64,000 bases of DNA from Takakia lepidozioides. Taxonomy: Eukaryota > Plantae > Bryophyta. Position numbers and translations under genes: made by a program. This document shows positions 24,191 through 34,041 of the stretch, one piece after another. The notes under the pieces are model-generated. The model had not been told where the DNA came from. It saw only the letters and a list, made by a program, of their open reading frames with translations, and did not search any database. The stretch is from positions 40,858,001 to 40,922,000 of the forward strand of contig CM060734.1 of the NCBI GenBank assembly GCA_030704615.1. The letters run 5' to 3'. How positions within the stretch are numbered: the stretch's first letter is position 1; each line of letters starts with the position of its first letter.

Positions 24191-25763
24191 AACCTGCAGG
24201 TACCACTGCCAAGTTTGGGTCAACTCTGCCATCGACATTGGGAAGGTGACATGGCGCACAATTACGCACATGGTCCTTCCAAGTCATGCCATCCCGACCC
24301 TCCAAGATCAGGACCCCTGAGGGCAACACCTCTCGAACCCTCAGAATAACACGCCCTGCAGTAACATCCAGAGTCGTAGGAGCAGTCTGCTGCAAATAAA
24401 CATAGTCACCAGGGCTAAACCTTCAAACCCCAGGACGATATCCTCCACCACGTATAGTGGCATACCTCAACGTATCACGGTGCTATGCAATGGCAAGGTT
24501 CTCAAAAGCCATGGGCATGACTTTCTTGAACAATTCTGCACGCTGATCACATGCACGTACCCACACGTCCGGATCGTCAAGGTTAAGGACTTGAGCAGTG
24601 TCCCTACGAATGGCTGCAGGCAAATCCGGCTCTCGGCCAAAGAGAAGGAAATATGGTGAGAAGGAGGCAAGTGATGCTTGTTTGTTGAACCTGTAGCCCA
24701 TGGCTAACCAAGGAACCTGAAGATCCCAATCTCCTAGGTGTCCCTTCTACAAGCCATACTTGCGCAAACCCCTCTTCACCGTCTGAACAACTCTCTCTGC
24801 CAAGCCATCGGCCTCAGGATGATCCCGAGAAGTGGTGCGGTGGTCTATCAAGGCTTTATCACACAAAGCCTGAAACTCCCCCAAGAACTCTCTCCCTTGG
24901 TCCGTGAGTACCTCAGCTGGAGCACCAAATCGGCTAAGCATACGATCCAAGAATGCATACGCAACCCCCTTACTAACCTTGTCAGGCAATGGAACCAACT
25001 CAATCCACTTGGAGAAGTGCTCCACCATCACCAACACATATCTGTGGTGGCGCATAGTCAGTGGCAACGGTCCTACGAAGTCAAGACTCCACCTGTAGCC
25101 TAATCCCATGATTGGTAAAGGATGCAACTGTGGTGTAGGGGTGTTGAATGAAGCACGCACCCTGTCACACACCATGCACCTAGCCACGAACTGTTGCACC
25201 TCTGTATGCATACCACGCCACCAATACTGCCCCTGCAGTAAACTGTGAGTGCGTCGCACTCCAAAATGCCTCAACTCCTCATGGGCATGCCGCACTAACC
25301 GTGCACGCTGTGTGGGGTGAGGCACAATCCTCACCCGACCATCCTCCCACACTCGAAATAGGTGTATTCCCTCCCACTTAAACCTCTTGGCTCGTTGTAG
25401 GATCCGATCCCTCTCCCTGGCAGTCACAGTGGCTGTCGTGTCTCCCGTGCGGAGGTAGTCCAACACAGCCGAATCCTCATGTATATCTCTGGCACCACCT
25501 GGCTCATCACTAGCCTCAGGGTCCTCAGACACTCCGTCTACAGTCATCCCTGTTGTAGGTCCAACCAGACCTTCCGATGCCAAGATACACAAAAATGCAG
25601 ATGCGTGCCATCCCGACATCATCTCCTCGTCCGTCTCACCATGCCACCGAGCTCCAGTGTCATCTTGCTGGCTCGTGCGTGGATTGCGACTCAATCCATC
25701 CGCATCCTTATTGACCAAACCCGGTCGATGCACAACGTGAACATGTCTCTCATGCTCCTCCAC
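24190..25763 (-). pseudogene. RNase H C-terminal remnant + Gypsy-type integrase (H2C2, rve D-D-E)
   Basis: HRPGLVNKDADGLSR; HAHEELRHFG...CMVC; WSLDFVGPL, VLTDQGREF, GLAERVVQTVK; the C-terminal half carries stops and frameshifts. Confidence 0.9.
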
Positions 25764-26242
25764 CGTAGCACGAGAGGCAAAGCAATTCCTGCAAGCCTCA
25801 GGAACCGCCGTATACGTCGTCTCTCTCCTCTAGTGACAATAGGTCCAATGTCAGGCTCTCAATTGTCCTCCGTAACTGCAACCTTAAGGCCAGCAGACTT
25901 AGAGGTAGAGGACGCGTCCCGTGGTTGCTATGCTGCAACCTCTTGAGCAGTACTCTCTGCCTGCTCAGTCAATGACAAGACCTCATCCTGCCCCATCATC
26001 TCATCATTGAGGACCTCCTCAACCCGAGAAGAATCCCCAACTTCATCTATCACAGCTGCCTTGGCTGCCAACCCCCTCTGAACCTCGAGCACCTCCCACG
26101 TGTGCCATAGATGACTACGCCCTGTGGTCCTCACCGGCTCGCCCCCACTCACTGCCTGTACCGTCTCGGTAGGCGAGAGGACCATCGAGGGAAGTGTACT
26201 CCGCACTCTGCGTTGCTCAGCCATAGACAAGCTGATAATCTA

Positions 26243-27160
26243 GGTCAAGCAATTGAGATCCATTGCTTGCCCCAACACTTGACGACGTGATGCCTCAGAA
26301 AGAGACGACACCGCCGTGGTACCAGTGGTAAAATCCATTGCCCGCTCACGCTCGTCAGCATTAGGCTCCACTAACTGCTGCAACTGAGCATCCCACAGGA
26401 GGCCAGGTCCACTATCCCGGAAAGCATGCGATCCTGGGAAGCTAAGCAGTGTAGGTAATGCTGCTCGTGGTTGACCCACCTTGTTGACCACTGCCAAAGG
26501 CGAACGGTCATCGTGTCTCACACACTGAGACTGCCTCCCTGTGTCCAGAATGCTATCCACTATGAGATGTGCTAGCCCGCTGCACCCCATCAAATGCACG
26601 CTTGAGCAGTGCGGGTGACATCAAGTTAGTCCACCATAGCCGTGGACGATGAGCTGTGACCCCACTGTAGCTGCATCTGCAACACTGCTGACCCAAGCCA
26701 TGACCGGACTTGATGCACACTGGCCATCACCCTAGCCCGAGAATCGCCCATCAGTGGCACATTCTCCAAGATGTATGCTGGAGATACAGCTTGATAATAA
26801 GCTGCAAGTGGCGCAAAACCCGCACCATCTCCCAAAACAGACCCGACTCGAGTCTCGCAATCCATTGCCATGCCCGGCTGATGGATGCCCTTGGCACTAC
26901 CAGATCAATGGAGCCAACCCGCTCCAAACCTGCGCCCCCAGCAACGAAAATGTCTGCTGGCAAGGCTGCTGATATCCACGAATTGCAGACACCAACAACA
27001 ACTCAGGGGTACCGCTGCACCAATGAGCAACATGGCAAAGTGAAACGCGTCGTGCAGTCATCCCTCTCCACATACAGGTAACGCCGAACTCGTACACTGC
27101 CTTGTAACACAACAGCCAATCCGGTGTGATCCCGCCAAACAAGTCCAGAAGACAAATGCC
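26243..27160 (-). pseudogene. DNMT3-like cytosine-5 DNA methyltransferase domain (frameshifted)
   Basis: Collinear motifs across frames: I LLDLFGGI, II YLYVERD, IV-V IDLVV..CQGHPSAG..GLRD..SGLFWEMVRVL, VI YILENV, VIII AHRPRLWWTNL, IX ERERAMDF, X RRQVLGQAMD. Confidence 0.85.
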
Positions 27161-27512
27161 TTATCCGGATACTGCCACACAATAGGTGTGGTGCCCAATG
27201 GAGACAACTGAGGTGGTCTGGGCAATCCCCGCACTCTCCTCCTCTCCTGGCGGTACAAAAGCCTCCACCCAGGCTTGTTACACCCGTTCGATCAGCATCC
27301 CTCCCTGCAAACCTGTTTCTCGTGCCCCACAATGGAGTCTGAGCAACCATGGTAGGGCAACTCCGTCATACCATACATGTCATCCTGCTCTCCCGGAGGT
27401 GGCACATCCTCTGAATGAGCGTTGCCCTCAAGAAACTCATCTAGGCCAACTCCTGCCACGTGAATGCTACTGTTTTGGGAGTGGGTACTAGTGTCGCATT
27501 TTTTATTGCTCG

Positions 27513-28646
27513 CTAGACAACCGCAACTCCTCTTATGAACGTCACAGGGAGCTGCACACGCCGGCCCTCCCCTGACTGCCATGCAGGCCTATAGGAAGCT
27601 GACTCCTCCCAAAAATCCAGGGTGAAGCCCATGGGGTACGACACTACCCCACCAACCAGGACATCGTATGAGACCGCGTCTGTCACAATGGCCTTGGCTC
27701 GCATCACTGAGCCATCTGTAGGGTGATCCGGCCATAGTCTGATAGCCAACTCACGCCGTGTCATGCCCCGAGCCTGCTCCGATCCTCCCAGAGATGTCTG
27801 TATCTGGAAAGGACAAGGCTCCATATCCGCCTTCGTGAGGCCCAAGCCTGCAATAGCAGCTCTGCCCAGCATCAATGGCTGAGCTCCCGAGTCCAACAAG
27901 ACCCGCAGTGGCCGGTACCTCTTGCCTGCCGGTCCACTCAAACAGAAAATGCCATCCTGGTTGTCTAACATGACAACTCCAGGTGTCACCATGGAGCGCT
28001 CAATGGCTGGCCTAGCTGGCAGCTCCATCAACCTGGCAGCTGCATCTTGCCATGGCGCCGCCGTGGCAGTCTTGACCCTCAAATCCGAGGATCCCTCCGG
28101 CACTACACCTCCCACTATCTCCGCGGAAGATGAAGTAACCTCCCCACTCTCACAGAGTGTAGCTGCCAGCCTGAACACCTCAGCTAATCTTACCCCCAGC
28201 GTCGCAATCATGGTAGCCGAGAACAATAGAGCCTGGCACACAGATGTGGCCGCTCCTAGCAGCACACTAGCTGCCGTAGCCTTGGCAACACTAGGTAGTG
28301 GTGCTACCCGTGTAGGTCTCCCCAATGGCATAGTAACCTCCGCCTCGGTAACAGTCGGGTGAGAACTAGGTGTCATGGATGGCGTCGACACTGTCTCCGC
28401 CAATGTGAATGACCGAGGAAGCCTAGCCTGACGGCTTGCCTCCCCACGCTGTGGATCCAACTCCACCTCTGCACCTCGTGGCTCAGGAACTCGTGCTGCT
28501 CCTCGAGTCACGGCTGCAGCAGACTCCACCTGCACTAGTGGTAGTGCTGCTCCACACATGAATCCCATGCCTCCCATATCTCCTCCCTCAGGAGCAGGAG
28601 GTGGACCATCCGGCCTTAGAGCCGGTACCACCTGAGCTGTAGCCAT
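27513..28646 (-). pseudogene. retropepsin-like aspartic protease region
   Basis: RVLLDSGAQPLMLG ... YDVLVGG. Confidence 0.8.
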
Positions 28647-28658
28647 GGCAGCGAGCCT

Positions 28659-29920
28659 CTACTCTAGCTGCTGAAGCCGGTTGGCCATGCCTTGGTCAAC
28701 CCCCTGACCTCCGCGTCCTTGGCCATGTTGAGCTTGCCCTTGGCCTGCACCTCGTCCTCTCTGGGCTGCTCCACCTCGCCCCTGGCCACCATTGTTCCCT
28801 TGGAACTGGCCTGGGCGCAACTCAGGATGCAAAACCATAACACTGGGCCTTCGATGCCCGTGCTTGCCACAATGCCCACACTGCAACTATGCAGGCTGTG
28901 CATGTGCCGGCCCTTTGCCTCCCTCTGGGCAATCCTTCTTGACATGGGGTCCTTCACATGTCCAGCACACCACATCCGCCCGTTGTTGCCCAGCAAATGA
29001 AGGGAGAGACCCCTGCATCTGAGGTCCTCTCTGCCCTTCCCTGAGCTTCACCTAAGCCCCCTTGTTGCCTTGAGCACGTTGAGGTAGTGGTTGGCTAGGA
29101 GCACCACTACCCCGTGGTGTCTCCTTAGCAAATCCCACCATGACCGCTCGTTCCTCCACCATGTTGAGTTCTATCCGCTCTGCCAGCAAAAACACATTTG
29201 CTAAGGTGGGTTGGGCCGCTTGTAGGAGAGTTGCATCCCGCACCCTTCTCCTCAGCTCCTTGTCCAATATCCCATACCAGAATTGGACTGCCTGAGCTTC
29301 CGTAACCCCTTGGGTTACATTTATCAAGCGCCTCATGCGAGTGAAAGCCTCCCTCAAGCTCTCGGTCGGCTTCCGTTGGAACTCTTGCAAGCTCCACAAC
29401 TTCTCCGTCCTCACCCCTTGGTAGTTCCCTCTCAACTCTTCGAAGAACTCCACAACAGGGTTGAAGGCAGGCACGGGTGCTAGTGCTGGTGCGGTAGTGG
29501 CTTGGGTGGACGTCGTAGCTACTGTACCACCAGTCCCACCAGTCCCACTGCTACTTGCTGAAGTTGCCGGTGCAGCGGCAGGTGTAGCCACTGCCCTCGT
29601 GGCTCTAGTGCCCCTAGTGATGGAGACATAGTCAGGTGACTAGTACATCCTCCACTCCTCGATCTCAACCTCATGCCCCCGCCTGAACTCATGGTAATCA
29701 TCCATAGGCGGCCTCAAGGTGCTGAAACAACCCCTTCCATGCCATGAAAGGCGTAAATAGTTGTGGATTGCGCATTTACTGCAAATCACACCAACTATCA
29801 AACTCTTGGATAAAATCATCCAACTCGATGGTGCCCACCGCCCCAGAGTACCTTCGTGGCCCCTTGGTAGCTCCATACATCTCCTCCATTGTGTCCCACA
29901 ACAATGGCAAAGAAACAACT
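28659..29920 (-). pseudogene. gag with zinc knuckles (disrupted)
   Basis: LDDFIQEFDSWCD, FQRKPTESLREAFTRM (Retrotrans_gag-like); knuckles CWTCEGPHVKKDC and CGHCGKHGH; several stops and frameshifts. Confidence 0.75.
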
Positions 29921-30789
29921 TGCACCGCCGTATGAGTCCTCCTGATTCACAATCCGAATCAGACCTTCCGTAGAAGACACAGGAGGTGAAGGTGGCCTAA
30001 ACCGCACACCTCGTCTCGTGGTGCTAGTGCTCGAACTGGCACTGTCCCCAACAACTAGTGGCACCTCCGTGTTGACACTCAACCGGTCATGAACATGTCC
30101 CTAACCCCCTCTTCACAAGGTAACCGGGTAGAGAACCTGTTGCGGCTTAGGGTTTGGAATATTAAGTTCCTAACATAGCCTACACTTGTACCTGCATCCA
30201 CCGTAAACACTCCTATGGTTAGCTAGTCATCACCTCCAACCTCACCACAAGAGAAAACAATGATGGTCTGGTTGGTCATCACCCCAGCCTCACCATCGAC
30301 AGCCATGTTCTAGGACTGCCGGTGATCAAATCCGGACCAATCACCTATTAAAACAAGCGCCCACACAAAACTAGCATGGCGCATAGTCAAGCATGCAGGT
30401 ATGGAGGGGATCCAAACACAAGAAATCAGAACGACAACTCCCCCACACCAAAAACAACTCCACGGTATTGCTCCTGCAAGGACACCCCAGCCCAAACCCG
30501 AACTGACTCTTGCCTCCACCTACGGAAAGGTTTTGGCCTAATGAGAGGGTGAAAACTACGAGGAAGAGAAGCTAAAGCAATGCCTAACCCCAACATGCCC
30601 TCATCCCAACACTCTTCCTCTCCTCTCTTCCCTCACTTGCATGACCATGGGAATATCATGAAGATACTCCTCAAACCGCCCTCCACGAGCTTCAAAATTC
30701 GGCCTTCAAGACCACATACCAGTCCTTATGCAGTCCACCAGTGCCTCCACAAGTCACCACTGGCCATCCACAGATCAACACGGGCCACC

Positions 30790-32180
30790 ACAGACCAGCA
30801 CAAGCCCACACAGCTCATAGGCCACAGCCTGTCACAGCCCTACACAGGTCACAGGGTCACAACCCCAAAGGCCACATGTCACAGCCTGTCACACCCCATC
30901 ACAACCCCAAAGGCCACAGGCACAGCCTGTCACAGCCCTACAAAGGTCACAGGGTCACAGCCGCAAAGGCCACAGCCTATAACAGCCCCTCATAGCCCCA
31001 TAGGCCACAGGGCACAGCCTATCACAGCCTGACACAGGTCACAGGGGTCACAGCCCCAAAGGCCACAGCCCCTCACAGCCCCTCACAGCCCCACAGGCCA
31101 CTGGGCACAGCCCGTCACAGCCCGTCACAGCTCGCCACAGCCTGACATAGCCCGTCACAGCCCCACAGGCCACAGGGCACAGCCTGTCACAGCTCGCCAC
31201 AGCCTGTCACATCCCGTCATAGCCCCACAGGCCACAGGGCACAGCCCCTCATAGCCCGTCACAGCCCCACAGGCCACAGGGCACAGCCTGTCAAGCCCCT
31301 CACAGCCCGTCACAGCCCCACAGGCCACTGGGCACAGCCTGTCACAGCTCGCCACAGCCTGTCACAGCCCCTCATAGCCCGTCGCAGCTTGCCACAGCCT
31401 GTCACAGCCCGCCACAGCCCATCACAGCCCATCACAGCTTGTCACAGCTCGCCACAGCCTGTCACAGCCCGTCACAGCCCCACAGGCCTCAGGGCACAGC
31501 CTGTCATAGCCCGTCACAGCCCCACAGGCCTCAGGGCACAGCCTGTCACAGCCCCGCACAGCCCGTCACAGCCCCAAAGGCCACTGGGCACAGCCCGTCA
31601 CAGCTCGTCACAGCCTGACACAGCCCGTCACAGCCCCACAGGGCACAGGGCACAGCCTGTCACAGCTCGCCACAGCCTGTCACAGCCCCTCATAGCCCGT
31701 CACAGCTTGCCACAGCCTGTCACAGCCCGCCACAACCCATCACAGCCCATCACAGCCTGTCACAGCTTGCCACAGCCTGTCACAGCCCGTCACAGCCCCA
31801 CAGGCCACAGGGCACAGCCTGTCACAGCCCGTCACAGCCCCAAAGGCCACTGGGCACAGCCTGTCACAGCCCCTCACAGCCCTCACAGCTCGCCACAGCC
31901 TGACACAGCCCGTCACAGCCCCACAGGGCACATGGCACAGCTTGTCACAGCCCCTCACAGCCCGTCACAGCTCCAAAAGGCCACCGGCACAGCCCCTCAC
32001 AGCCCATCACAGCCCCCAAGGCCACCGGTGCAGCCCGTCACAGGCCCTCACAGCCCGTCACAGCCCCGAAGGCCACCGGCACAGGCCCTCACATGCCCTC
32101 ACAGCCCGACACAGCCCGTCACAACCCCTCACAGCCCGTCACTGCCCCCAAGGCCACAGGGACAGCCTGTCACAGCCCCA
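30790..32180. repeat. ~1.4-kb minisatellite of ~10-bp units (GTCACAGCCY and variants) in the retroelement leader
   Basis: CACAGCC recurs roughly every 10 nt with higher-order blocks (CCCCACAGGCCACAGGGCACAGCCTGTCACAG). Confidence 0.95.
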
Positions 32181-33714
32181 TCCATGGCCGCTCTGGCAGT
32201 TTAGCCATTTCTCCAAAGGGTTTAGCCACGCCAAGCTAGGGTTTGTGTCTTTTGGACTCTAGGCTTCTTTCCACCGAGCTATGGCGGCTATGAGGAAATC
32301 AGTAAGGTATTCTTGCTCTTTCGGCTCCCACACACCACCATAGTAGCCCTAAGCCATGAGGTGGTTGCCACAAACCAAGCCTTCTTTCTCACTTAGCCTC
32401 CCCAAACACGCCACTAAACTCAATGGCAAACAACCAAGCCCTGCTGGTTCCCAGCCCTTGTGAGCACTCATTCAAGCACTCTCATTGGCCATAGCATCTG
32501 TCTTAGAGCCTATTCCAGCCCTCTACACCTGTTGCTTCAAGAGTTGCGCTCCCTTCAAGCTTGAAGTTGAAACCCCAACTCACATAGGCCCTACAAGTGC
32601 TTTTCTTTCACTCCAAGTGGAAACCAGCCCTAGACCTTCCGTTCTAGCTCTCTAAGGCTTGAAAACAAGAGCCTCAATGGGCTGAAGGCATGCTCCACAC
32701 ATGCCCCACTCTCACCATAAGAGAATCAGCTCCTTTGCTTCATTTCTTGCACCCACAAACCTAAAAATACAAGCTTCAGCAGGCTGAAAGCATGCTCCAC
32801 CTGCCCTACAGGGAAACCAGCCCCTTCCTTCTTTTCTTGCACTCCCACACCTGAAAGTGCAAGCCTTCACCAGGCTGATAGCATGCTCCACACATGCATT
32901 GCCCTCACATAAGGGAAGTCAGCCCTTCCCTCTTCCTTGCTTGCCCTCCAAGCTTGAAGATGGAAGCTTCAATGAGCTGAATACATGCTCCACACATGCA
33001 ACCTCTTCACACAAGAGATATCAGCCCCCTATCTTGGCTCCTTGGCTCCTTGATACTCTCTAAGACAAGACTAAGCACTCCACAGCCCTTGCCAAGCTCC
33101 TGAAACCCTAAGGCTTACATTTCCAACCACAAGACACTCCTCTTGTGGTGCAAGAACTTTTCTTCCAAGCTCTGAAACCCTAGGTGCACATTCCATGGCC
33201 TTGCCGCACCTCTTAGCTCCTGTTCCAGCCCTGCTCTTGCCATGACAAGAGCCCTCTCAATGCTGAAGCTCGAGATTGAAACCCACTCTCAACATACTCC
33301 ACAAAGTGCACTGATTTGCCCCAAGCCAAATCAGCCCTTTCGCTTGGTCTTGCAATCCTTCACACAATGAAAGCTCGCATTCCCAAGTCCAGTTCTCAGC
33401 TTTGCCACCAAAGCCACTATAACCTGCTCTTGACTGGTCCTCTTCCCAATCGTGCTTGCTTATGCATGTACACAATCTGAAACCATCAAGGTGCTCTGGA
33501 ATTACCTGCAGTATGGTGCTTTCATCTCTGAAGCTGAAGATCGAATGCCAAGGTTTACCACCTCGTAACCCACATCGCCTCCGCTTCTAACAACCAAGAG
33601 CTCCACGGTGCTCCTTGCATAACAACCTGGTTTCTTTCATTCTCAAGCAAAAACCACAAGTGCTACAACTAACTCGTATCTGGCACTCACAGATACGAGC
33701 TTATCTTTCTCGAG

Positions 33715-34041
33715 TGATAAAGAAGAAGAATACAAGCACAAGCTCATGCGAGCTCACAAAGCTGAAGCATAAACTCATGCATATATAACCTCATCACTCA
33801 AATACAAGTCAAGCCAAGTGCACCCCACGCCATGGGGAATCCACACTACGGCGCCATAGCTAGGCGCGGTGAGGCTCAACTCGAGAAAGATGAGCCTTCC
33901 GCGCTTGCCGTGAAGATAACCACTCCAGGGCCTAAATCTGCCTTGACCCCTGGATTGACACTTGGGCCAATCCCAAATGTCAATATGTAAAAGCTAACTA
34001 TTTCCTAGCTAGTTTCACACTAGTGGTAAAATAACTTGACA
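33715..34041 (-). repeat. repeat X1 (5'-terminal copy)
   Basis: Starts TGTCAAGTTATTTTACC and ends ...CTTTATCA on the minus strand; copy of 23276-23602. Confidence 0.95.

Larger units (their letters stand above)
23087..34041 (-). mobile_element. non-autonomous Ty3/Gypsy-like retroelement with split direct repeats, carrying DNMT3-like MTase and PHD finger
   Basis: Termini TGTC...GACA with 4-bp TSD TCAT (23083-23086, 34042-34045). Repeats in element orientation: X1(34041-33715)-internal-Y1(23781-23605)-AC-X2(23602-23276)-Y2(23275-23087). Internal remnants of gag, CCHC, protease, C5-MTase, rve integrase and PHD. Confidence 0.9.

Noticed and set aside
30790-32180. possible CRISPR-like array
   Set aside because: No unique spacers, no cas genes, eukaryotic context; a simple minisatellite.
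31389-32262. 271-aa and 106-aa Pro/Ser/His-rich ORFs
   Set aside because: Translation of the stop-poor 10-bp minisatellite.
23087-34041. classification as a DIRS/Ngaro tyrosine-recombinase element
   Set aside because: The repeat geometry fits, but no tyrosine recombinase motifs were seen, whereas an rve integrase, TG...CA ends and a TSD are present.
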